64,000 bases of DNA from Octopus sinensis (taxonomy: Eukaryota): NCBI RefSeq assembly GCF_006345805.1, contig NC_043015.1, positions 23,126,001 to 23,190,000 of the forward strand, in the 5' to 3' direction. The notes under the pieces were generated by a model. It did no database searches. It saw only the letters and a list, made by a program, of their open reading frames with translations, and was not told the DNA's origin. This document shows positions 1 to 11,290 of this stretch, one piece after another (the stretch's first letter is position 1; every line of letters starts with the position of its first letter). A program made the position numbers and the translations under genes.

Positions 1-236
1 GCATAGGATAGGTCTGGATGTGCGTATGTATGGGGTTGGTGTATGTATTAGTATGTATTAGTATGTATTAGTACGTATTAGTATGTATAAGTGTGTGTGT
101 GTGTATGAGAGAGTATAATTGCGTATGAGGGGTCTGGACGTGTGTATGTATAGGGTTGGTGTATGTATTAGTATGTATTAGTATGTATTAGTACGTATTA
201 GTATGTATTAGTTGGTGTATGTATTAGTATGGCACA
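1..236. repeat. (GTATGTATTA)n decamer array inside a ~120-bp higher-order duplication
   Basis: 1-~90 and 121-~210 are near-copies (gcataggataggtctggatgtg / gcgtatgaggggtctggacgtg), each followed by gtatgtatta units. Confidence 0.8.
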
Positions 237-280
237 TCATATAAGATGTGATGTGTAAAGTCGTGTGGTGTAATGTGGAG

Positions 281-575
281 AGGGGAGAAGAGGGGGAGGA
301 GAGATGGGAAGAGGAGGGGCGGGGCGGGTAGGGGGGAGATGGGGGGGAGATGGAGAGAGAGGAGAGAGAGGAGGGGGAGAAGGAAGGGGAGGAGGAGGGG
401 AAGGAGGAAAGAGGGAGAGGGGGAGAGAGAAGGGGAGTGAGGGAGCAGAGGGAAGGGGAAGAGGGAAGGAGGGAGGGAGAAAGAGGGAAGAAGGGAAGGG
501 GAGTAGGGGTGAAAGGATGAATGACTGAAGAAGTAGGGGTCCGGGGGGAAGGATAGGTGAGGAGGGGGGGGGAGA
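281..575 (+). repeat. G/A-rich polypurine low-complexity tract
   Basis: Almost pure G/A for ~290 bp with many G3+ runs; source of the Pro/Leu/Ser- and Gly/Glu/Arg-rich ORFs. Confidence 0.9.
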
Positions 576-826
576 GTTGAGACCAAATGGCGTATAAGAG
601 CGAAGAGAGAAGATTAATTCCTGTTCACGGCGCAAACGGGAATCCGGATGGCCTCTGTGTAAGGACAAACCGAACACAGATAGGTGTTGCAAGGAGTGAC
701 CGGTGGAGCGGAAATGGCGTGAGACCGGTGTGTCGTTCGCAAGGTGGATGTCACGAAGGTGTTCCGCGAACCGGTCAGCCAAGCGGCGTCCCGTTTGTCC
801 GATGTACAAGGAATGGCAGAGAGAGC

Positions 827-827
<1 letters not shown>
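576..827 (-). mobile_element. Penelope-like element fragment, C-terminal GIY-YIG endonuclease
   Basis: Translation CSLCHSLYIGQTGRRLADRFAEHLRDI...PVSRHF...RLRREQELIFSLRSYTPFGLN has the CxxC-YIGQT-R-EH motif and terminal P-GLN typical of PLE GIY-YIG domains. Confidence 0.85.
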
Positions 828-880
<53 letters not shown>

Positions 881-883
<3 letters not shown>

Positions 884-1085
884 TGTGTTTGTCCCCGCCA
901 ACATCGCATGACAACCGATGCTGGTGTGCTTACGTCCCCGTAACTTAGCTGTTCGGCAAAAGAGCTCGATAGAATAAGTACTAGGCATACAAAGAATAAG
1001 TCCTGGGGTTAATGTTCCCGACGAAAGGTGGTGCTCCAGCATAGCCACATTCAAATGTCTGAAAAAGCTATAAGAGTAAAAGACT
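881..1085 (+). mobile_element. tRNA-derived SINE family A, 3' half only
   Basis: gtttgtccccgccaacatcgc...gaataagtactaggc...ggtgctccagcat matches the 3' half of the full copy at 34997-35408; preceded by (TA)n(GT)n. Confidence 0.85.
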
Positions 1086-1116
1086 ATATATAAATAAATA
1101 TACATATATATATATA

Positions 1117-1189
<73 letters not shown>

Positions 1190-1439
1190 GTGTGAGTGTG
1201 TTTATATACACACATGCATATGTACAGATTGAGTGAGTGAGATATATATACCTATATATATAATTAGGTAATCCCATAAACAATGGGGTTTTTTAAACAC
1301 TTCCTTTATTTTTCAATGTTTTTTTTTAATTCAAGCTAAAATATACATTCCTTTTTCTACAATGCTATTGTATCTATCTGGTAGATTTGTAAGGACTTTC
1401 TTTCAAAATTCACTTGTCCATGATGAAAAATGCTCCATT

Positions 1440-2398
1440 ACTGCACTATTCTCATCTAAAGAAAGTGGAATAAATGATAAACAGTGTCCGGCGAATATAG
1501 TGGGGCACCGTTTCGCATTCAAACTGCTCCCGCCTTTGGAGAGCATTAGCTAGATATAAGAACACCTTTTGTCTTGCCATAAAAAGTTTTCTTCAAGCCG
1601 CCAAAACCTTCTGGCAGAAGACCTATTTTGTTATCGTTTGGTTTTAGTTTTAAAGTTCCAAGTGGACTAAACCTTTCATATCCCAACAAACGGATAACAG
1701 CACTTCACGTGGTGTTTTATCCTTTCCCTACCCACTGTCTTTGACGTTTGATATTTTCATAGAGAATCCATTTTCCGTCACCAGTCGGTGTTTAGTAAAA
1801 AAAATAGATCATTCCTGAGACGTGGCAGCAACGAAGATTATACATTATCACTGTGCGTGCCATAAGACTCAGAAAGTTTCTAAGCAACCCATTGATCCTA
1901 TTTACCTACCTTTCCGATGACACGCAGGTGTCGATAAAAAGTTGCATGACCAAATCCAAGCCTCTCTGCCAGGTCCTCAACAGTTACAATGGGATTTTGT
2001 TCCAGCAGGTTTGCAGGAAGGCCTTGAGCTCTACATATTTTCGAGAACGAGGCTCTTCTTCTAGGCCGTAGTTTCCGATTAGGAATTTCATGAAGTTCCG
2101 TTGACACTGGCTTGCGTTTACTGTCCTGTCCCCATATACTGGATTAATATTCTTAAAACTTTCCGTTGCGTTGTTACCGTTATAAAACTCATAAATCGAA
2201 ATAAGCCGAATATTCTCCTTTGCACCTCCAATATTGCTTTGAAAAATAACTTAAAATCGAACAGCACACTTCAAAACTTGCATTAAGAATAAAAACAACG
2301 TAAAATTACTACCTGTTCATGCAGGTAGTTTATACCGTTCCCCTCCGACTTTTAGTTCATGCAATGATTACACCGCATTATTTATGGGATGACTCAAT
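1440..2398 (-). mobile_element. Degenerate mariner transposon
   Basis: Minus-strand remnants LLEQNPIVTVEDLAERLGFGHATFYRHLRVIGKV (HTH) and DGKWILYENIKRQRQWVGKG (first catalytic Asp region); TIR-like end tattgagtcatcccataaataatgcggt at ~2371-2398; many stops and frameshifts. Confidence 0.8.
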
Positions 2399-3440
2399 AT
2401 ATATACGTATATACGTACATATGTATGTATGTATTGTATATATAACTTTTCTGGGTGACTGGGGAGGTATTCTATCTAATTTGTATAACTTTGTATCTAC
2501 ATGTAATGTATATATGTGAGTATGTTTCAATAAGTGTGTGTGCGTGTATGTGTGTGTATGTGTGTGTGTGACTTTGTGTGTGTGCATGCATTCATATACC
2601 GTACTGTAGTTGAATTTAACTACTGCCTCGCAAAGGATTTAATTTATATGTTTTTTTTTTGCGAAGACAGGTTCTGTGCCAAGCTAAATCATTATTTAGG
2701 GTTATAGACTTGTAAGTTGCCAGCAGATCATTAACGAAAACCTAACGTGCCAACCGGGGTACCTGATACAGTCTAACAAACACATATAAATTTATATCTA
2801 AAAATAATCGAATATGTGAAATATATATAATAGGTCTTGGCGTTTTCAATTTTTATTTTACACATATTAGGCTTTCGAAAGCCTTCTACCTGTAAAAGTA
2901 TACTCCCATGTCACCTTTAGATGACATTATAGTATTTGATTTAGACTAATATGTGCCGTTGTTGTTCTATCTGTAGCGAACCACTAAATTACAATATTAA
3001 AACAAGAGCACTCAGACAGCGCTAACCTCCGCCAAAGCAACACCAGCATCCTCCCAACGATTAGCCAGAGATGTTTTTTTTTTTGGCGGTGGGGGGGGGG
3101 GAGAATATCTGAAATAAACGTGACTGCTCTCACAAAAGTTTTTGAGATGTCTTGTCCATGGACAAAGAAACAGCTGAAAACAATACCGAAGGTGGAGGTA
3201 ATAATTGGAATTACATTGTAGAGTCATTAAACACGAAGAACATAAAGTTAAACACACATGCACACGCAAACATTCCTTATATGTTATATGCATATATATA
3301 TGTGTAGATGTGAATTAGGTGGTGTCTCGTCATAAAAGTTGATATATGTATCGACACATGTCTATATATACATTTCTTCCTCTTCCATCCTCTCTCTTTC
3401 TCTTCTCTTCTCTCTGCCTCACCATCACACACCACACAGA

Positions 3441-3474
<34 letters not shown>

Positions 3475-3485
3475 CTCTAATAAAC

Positions 3486-3677
3486 CTTTCTGCAATAGGC
3501 ACAAGACCTGAAATTTGTGGGAGGAAGATGGTCGATTATATCGACCCTAGTACTAAACTGGTACTTATTTCATTGACCTCCAAATGATGAAAGGCAAAAT
3601 CGACATTGGCAGAATTTGAACTCAGAGCATAAAGACAGACGAAACACCGCTAAGCATTTCATCCAGCGTGCTGCCTT
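3486..3677 (-). mobile_element. tRNA-derived SINE family B
   Basis: Homologous to 11080-11290, 18536-18771 and 58843-59058 (gaatttgaactc B-box complement, gaaaggcaaa, ggtacttattt). Confidence 0.8.
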
Positions 3678-6600
3678 ATCCTCTCCCTTTAATAACTTGA
3701 ATTAAAAATCTGTGTATATTAAATGAGATTTATTTCTCACTGTATGTAGTATTTCTTCGCTGATCCTACCAATAACGGAACAGTATACTATATATTTACA
3801 CTCACACACACACAACACACTCACACATATACGAGATACATACGGTTAATATATCCAGACTGGTACCATTCAAGCATTTGGTCACTATCCAGGTTACCGC
3901 TCGCCGCATCAAATCGTATCAAACAGTTAGTATTACTTTTGAGGTAAGCAATTCCACTGTAATTTATGAGACGGAGAGATCCTTGGATCACTTCTCTGGA
4001 TTGTATCATTTAACACCGAGTATATCCAATATGGTAAAAATAAATTCGGAAATGATTACGTCTGCATAATATTTTTTTATTGTTTCTACAGTCAGATACA
4101 GCATGTTTTACTTAAATTTGCCCGAAGGAAGTTTCTGCTGCATTGACTTCTTGGGATTTCATCAGCATCCAGTTTCTTTCCACTCGTGAGTAGTGCACTT
4201 TTGTACAAGGTCCACACATAGACGTGGACTGAAGCGAACTAAATTTAAGTAGTTTTGCCTACTGTTGTACTTTTGACTACAATTTTTGTGTTCAAAGTAT
4301 GTGAGACGGAGATTTGTTGAAGTGATGTGGCTGTAAAATTTCTACGATGTTCACCCTCTTAAGTTCCCACGATAGTAGACCTTTAAATATGTGAAACAAT
4401 ATTTAAAAAAAAACAAAACGCATTTACCTCAAGTAGAATAGCAATGGATCTAGATATTGCGTACCGTTATAGGTCACTAATTTAGATAAAATTAAACTTT
4501 GAATATCTAAATAAGGACTTACTTTGTCAGGTCAAACTGAATATTTCTTATTATAAATCAAATTTTAATTTACATGTAGTGCTATCGCTCTTTAAGTACG
4601 GCAGGAAATTTTCAAATATATAGTTTAATGTGTGGAGAGTAATAATTAGAAATTGATAAAGGCCAAACAGATATTACATGGATAGTTTACCACATAAACT
4701 CAGGCGCCTACCTTTTGACCGTCGACTTCTTAATTAAAGTATTTTCTTTGGAGATATTTAAACGTCCTTCTATGAGGTCCTTGTTCTTGTCTCCTATTAA
4801 GTAGCTGCGTTTTGGTCACGAAAATATGGAATATATCTTCTATGCATAAATTTCATCTTTTTCGCCGATAACGCATTATTTCCCATTCTATATTAAAGTC
4901 AGTGTTTTTATCATTAAGGGACAAGATAAATACGCTTAAGCTCGTGTAATTCATTTCCCCCTGCCCCTAAAAGAAGTTAAATGATTTGCCAGTTTCTCCT
5001 TGAAACTTTTCGAGTATGATCCTATATAAAAGTGCGACATTCCAACTGACGTAACCTTTCATCTGTACGCTACATTTTTTCTTTAGATATTGACTGTTTG
5101 TTTCCGCCACAGCTACAAGGATTTCTAATGATGCTAAACCTGCTGTGCCACTGAATCCAAAACTAGATATCTCCACCGATTTCCTGACTACAGATCAGCA
5201 AATTTTAATATTTCGGTTAAAGTCACGATTTGCCATGTTTTTTTAAAACTTTATTTTACCTAGTGTTTACTGGTTCTGGACGAGTTATATAATGGAATGT
5301 AACGGTTGTCTCCATTCCATTGTCTGCCAACCATTTGGCGTGCGTTATACTTTCGTTGCGTGTTAGTGATTTATTCAAAATCTTTCTACGTTGACTGTCT
5401 AACTTTTTAACTCTTTGTGCATAGCATTGTCGAAAGTTTTAGTACTATTACTTCTAATAATTAGTTTACTTCTTTCTATTATGTTTTGGAATTCATATAT
5501 TCACCAACTGTTATGCTAGCAATAATTTGAGCGAAGTTTTTGCTGGCAGAGAAAGCTAATCTAAGGGTGTGTTGTTAAAAAATTCTAAAATTCTATTGTA
5601 CGTTTCTTCATTTCGGAAAATGCCCATCAATAGCGGAGACATATTTAATGGTAATGTTAGTAGCTATTTACCTACCGAATATTGCATTACACCATAATGT
5701 TTGCTCTCGATCTGTTTCATCTTTTACGAAGGGAAATAATGTTCTTTTGGGTTGCTTTAATTTTGTGAAATAATTTCGGTCCCTTAATGGGTATATCTGC
5801 AAAGATTTTCCCTTCTGTATTGGGTCTTTTCTTAAGTTCAATGCTTGTCCTATCGTTTCGTAGGCTACAAGACTTGGTATTGTTGCTAGCTGCATTTTCC
5901 TTATAACTGTTGTCACAATTATTATTACTTATGTTACAAAACTCCATCAATTATGTGATAGCTTTCACCATTATTATTTCGGGCTCTGTGCACTAATTTC
6001 TAAGCTTCAGTGGGTGGGCCTTGAATAAAAGTGTGTCGATTAATCACTAGTTGAAAGTAACGGGATGAAATTGCAATTGCGTAACTGAGGTGAGTTACTT
6101 GCGAATGGTAACAGCTTCTCTCTTTGATAAGCTGGTACGATTCACAAGTAATGCTAAAAAATTTTACGATATTGCCTCTTAATTTTATTTAAGAGCAAAT
6201 ATCGAACTAGCAAACATCGTAAGCGTTTGCCTCAGAGGAAGGCGTGATTAGCCATGGAATTATGCTTTCTATCAGATGCACGATAAGAGCTGGATAATCT
6301 TTTCGAGCAGCATTCTCGAGAACTGGTTTCATGGTGTGGGTATATTTTTTGTCGAGTAAACGCATATAAATATGCGTGCATGCATGGGCGTGTGTGCGCG
6401 CGCGCGCCCTTTTTTTCATACGTGCGTGCGCACATGTGTACCTAGTAGTATTAGCGCCACGCAGTGTTTAGGCATAAGCGAACATCAAGTTAGTTAAAAT
6501 ACATTTATGATATATTTCTACATCTAGGGGCAAACCCATCGCTTTTACCGTAGATAAAAACAGAAAAACACTCCCATGGTAAAAGATATAAAATACCATA

Positions 6601-7455
6601 TCTGCCCAGTTGTGATCTACATCGGATTCTCAGACGCATCATTTTTAGCTTCTTAGTTATTATCCATGGGAAACACCGAAGATAGATAACTTTGGGCATA
6701 TTTAAAGTCATAGCTTTTGCAGAAACACATTCAGCAATATTTACTAAGTTGCGCTATAAGAAAACCATGTCTTGAGAAGCTCAGATGTAACAACGCCTTA
6801 GGCTTTACATCTATCTAGAGTTACCTTTCTTCGGTTAAAATGTGGAAAAGGCTGTGTTTCGGAATTCGGTAGAGGAGATCACTGGGCAGATATTGTGTTT
6901 TAACATATTTTACCAAAATAGCGAATTTTTTTCCGCGGTAACTGCAGTAAATTTGCGTTTAGAATTTGAAAACTATTTATACATATATACACTGGTGCAG
7001 TTATATACATACACAAATCTATACATGTCTGTGTGTATGTGTGGATGCGTGTGCGTATTTGCATGTGTGCTTGATAACGTATGAAATATTTTAGTGAACA
7101 CGCATTTTCATGCGTATCGACAACGTTGTCCATTCTTTAATTGTCCTCTTTCTACAAATTAGGATTAACAAAGCATTCTCTGTGAGCAGAAGTTAGTAAA
7201 CTGAGAGGGATCACAAACATCCCTTATATATCTGCTTATTTTTACATATCTATGACTCTTCACATACATTCTTTATGATGATCTATTCCAAGAGCTCAAA
7301 CGGCGTTCATTCGAGAAATTTTACTGTTAGATATATCTGGAATAATTAAGTATCAAAGTGAAGAAAAGTATGGGGGGCCAATCGTATAAAATATACTTTA
7401 AAGAACACCATCGTGACCGCAATATAGAGAGTGAAACAAGTACGAATATAATATG

Positions 7456-7491
<36 letters not shown>

Positions 7492-8870
7492 AGGCAGATT
7501 GACAGATATGTATATATTGATATATGCATAAGTACATATAATAATATGTATATGTATATACATATATATATATATATATATACATGTATATATACATATA
7601 TGTGTATACATATATATATGTGTGTGTGTGTGTGTGTGCATATGTATAAGCACATACATTTAATTATATATGTACTTATGTGTGTGTGTATATATATATA
7701 TTGAGAGAGGAAGAGGGGGCAAAGAGTGAGAAGCATGACTATGTAAATATGTTTGAATACATGTTATTTAAGTATGAAAATATGAAAATTTGAATATACA
7801 TAAATTACATGCAGCAACCTACACAGGAAAATCGATAAAGTAGACTCTATTAAAGCAGACTTTGAAAGCACACACGCACAAGCACACATACATATACATA
7901 CACAGACACATACATGCACACATGCATATGTGTGCGGGGGTGATTGTGCCTTTGTGTGTGTGTATATGTGTGAGTAAATGCGGTGATGTTTGTAAACTAA
8001 GCATAGTTAAGTGTTATATTCTCTCTCCGTTTACATGGAGTCTTACATAAACAGTTTCCTCCTATAACTAAACAGTCTATTTTCATAAAGATCAATACTT
8101 TCTGCGTATCTCTATTATTTATATATGCATCTGCTTTAATGTGTCCATCATATGTTCATTGGTCTGTAGAGATATAATAGTTTGTTATTTTTTTGTTAAT
8201 AATAATAAAAAAAAGTGGGGAACGTAATGGAAGACTATGAGAATATCTTGGAAGAAATAGGTAAATATGTTTGAACTAAGTCGGATGTTTAACTGCTGAG
8301 CCGAAACACTTGATACGAGAGATGAAGTAGTATGGGACGCATATCCATGTCAAATAAACACAGCTAACTGAACATAGTTTCGTAATGATTAGATTTATTC
8401 GTATGTTATTTTTGGTATACGTGTATTTTTCTATATTTTAACCCCTTTCTTTCTCTTTGAGTTTTAAATTCCAAAGGTTATTTGCTATTTGTATTACGTT
8501 TCATCAGTTGAATAGCAGAATCTCGTCTAATTCATCCGAATATACATTGCACTTTTACTCCAAATCATACTCATACACGGTCAATTATATAAGAGATAGA
8601 GCTCCATATAGATTATCATCATGCAGTCAGGTTCCAGGATAGTTGTTAATCTAATATTGTTCTTTGTATTCATATCAGCGAGGATATGCAGAGCAGATGT
8701 AGGAGGAAATTAGGATAAACACAATAACATTATCAGTTCCCACAAATGCTTCACCAATGAACTTATTTGGAACTCATAATTCAATGCCTCACTGCAATAG
8801 ATCATCAGGTGAACAATTTATTGCCATCCATTACAGTGATCTGATATATGATATAATACGATATCATATA

Positions 8871-9030
8871 TACGTGGTCTGATCAATAAATATCCGGCAG
8901 CTAAAACACGTAGACTAAAAGCCGCTTCGTACAGTCGACACAATCAAGATCTTGTACAACTGAAATCCGAGTGTTTCCTTGGTGAGCTGAAAGCAGTTTT
9001 GGTACAAACTTGACAGATACGCGTATCATA
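8871..9030. mobile_element. Possible mariner-type terminal fragment
   Basis: Starts after TA with tacgtggtctgatcaataaatatccgg, resembling mariner TIRs; no partner TIR located. Confidence 0.3.
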
Positions 9031-9313
9031 CCTAATTCGTCTTTGCTAAGGGACTGAACTGATCCGTAAATAATCTACAAATCCTCTGATAACTTACAGA
9101 TGATAATTAGGCGATTTCCCCTCACAGTTGTACGCACATCTGCGTTTTTTTCTCAATTCTACTGGTTGCGGGTGTCCCCGAAGATTAATGATTAGTGTGC
9201 ATATACAGCAGAGTTCAAGGTCAATCTGTGCCAAGCGGCTTCCCTCTGCGTACTTTAGCTTTGTAACTATCATGCCTTATATATGTATATATATATGTAT
9301 ATATATATATGTA

Positions 9314-9354
<41 letters not shown>

Positions 9355-10379
9355 ATATATGTATATATATATGTATATATATAAGTATGTGTACATGTAC
9401 ACTTATATGCATGCCTGCGCTTTCAAACAAACACAGTGACAGTCTCAATAGCGCCCACACAATTGGCCGTATTTGAACTACTTATAACCCAGACTTTTAT
9501 ATACTCATAATTGTATCATCCTTCCAGTTTTGAGATGGCTTATTATATATGAGTTAAGTAAAGTCTCTATCCTATGTCGTGCATGTTAAGAAACCTCACA
9601 GAGGGTTTCTTCTTTTCTCGTAAAATACTATGGAAAAAATATCTAGATATATATACTGATGTCGAATTATCGATTATGCGAGATGCAAACGTATTAATGA
9701 TAAAGGATACGCAAATATAGAGCAAATGAGAAAGTGAATTGCTTTGGCTGCCTCCAAGAGAGGGCTGCATTTTCCATTACAAAGCTTGTCATTTACACTA
9801 TTATTTCCCTTCTTCTAATAAGGCGGTAGATTCGGAGAATCGTTATCGCATCAGACAAAATCACTCACGATATTTATTCGGTCTCTTCATATTCTTTGTT
9901 TTTTCCTCGGTCCATAATCAATGAAATACAGAAACTGCTAATAACTCTCTGAAAGGATGCAAATGATATCCTCAACTGCTTCTCGTAAATTTGAGCTCTT
10001 GTGTCGAAGATATAATTTTTTTCTTGAAAAATTTTTAAGCAGCCAGAAGACATTCTTGCACGCTCTCTGCTTTTCAGGTAGGGTTTTCTACATCCTTTTA
10101 TTTCTTTTATGATTTGTTAATCGATAAATGAGCAAAAGCCAAATACCGAGTGGAATATAATCGACTATTTCCGCAAGTACCAAAGTGTATGATCGATATA
10201 TTATTACTATGAATATGTGTAACGATCCTTCGTGCCTGCAACTTAGCCAGGATATATCGATCACTCATATTGTTGGATAATATTTAAGTTAACAGGAGTT
10301 GCACAATGAAGTGAATCACTGAAAGATAATTTATGGCTACTAAAAGATTGATCACATAACTGAGCTGAAATTGAACTCA

Positions 10380-10650
10380 GACTCAGAATGTAGGGAATAT
10401 AAGAAACAAAAAAGGACGAATACTACTTGACATCATGTTCTCCCGAGTGGAATCTTCAGTTACATATGTTGGACTGAAACTGTTAGGATCTCTGTAAGAT
10501 ATTTTCATTTTCTTTGTTTTTACTTTCTCTCATTTCTTTCTGTTGAAGACCGTAGGATCCAAACGTCAAATACGTTTTTCATTTTCCCGACCTTCAAACT
10601 AATAAACTTGCTTGTTGTTCATGCATCTATCTTCGTCTTTTGTTTTTCTA
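10380..10650 (+). mobile_element. Old interspersed repeat with degenerate hammerhead-like motif (Penelope-related)
   Basis: ctgttga-a-gacc-gtag-gatc-caaa-cgtc-aaa at 10540-10570 parallels CUGAUGA-stemII-GAAA-CGUC with two core substitutions. Confidence 0.45.
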
Positions 10651-11079
10651 TAAGTTTCAACTAAAGACATGCACATACACACACACACACACACACACAC
10701 CACACACACTTTAATGTTTATATAGATCCTTCTTACCAAGAAACTAGCAAGGTAACTTGAAAGGTTTTTCACATCGATATCATGATAATTTCTGGCATAA
10801 TGCGGGAAAGTGGCCAAACCGATAAGTGACATTTCTTGAGGCTTTATGTTTTGAATTAAATTTCTTCTGAGGCCGATCTTGCCTTACATCATTTCAGAGT
10901 CGATAAAATTGTTATAGCGGAGCACTGTGATACCTACAGTACAAAGACTGAATTATTAAATTACGGGGTAATATCAAATGACAGGAATCCCTTTGTGCTA
11001 TTTTATGGAAAGTATGGCCGTAAACACATAAAAACATCTCAGTTCAATTGAAATTGAGAACGAAGATAGGAGAATATTG

Positions 11080-11290
11080 GTTTCAAGTTTTGGCCCAAGG
11101 CCAGCAATTTTGGAGGGAGTTAAGTCGATTATATAAGTACCAGAATTCAACTGGTACTTATTTTATAGCCCCGAAAGGATGGAAGGCAAAGTTAGACACG
11201 GCAGAATTTGAAGCCTGGACGTAAAGACATGAGGAAAATCGTTAAGCACTTCACCTGGCGCGGTAAGGATTCTGTCACCTCGGCGCCATA
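11080..11290 (-). mobile_element. tRNA-derived SINE family B (diverged)
   Basis: gtcgattatataagtacc...ctggtacttattttatagccccgaaaggatggaaggcaaag...gcagaatttgaa aligns with the other family B copies. Confidence 0.75.

Noticed and set aside
224-586. Pro/Leu/Ser-rich and Gly/Glu/Arg-rich ORFs
   Set aside because: Products of the polypurine tract, with no domain content beyond the GIY-YIG part.
8620-8712. Short ORF MQSGSRIVVNLILFFVFISARICRADVGGN resembling a signal peptide
   Set aside because: Stops after 30 codons with only a weak donor; not supportable without expression data.
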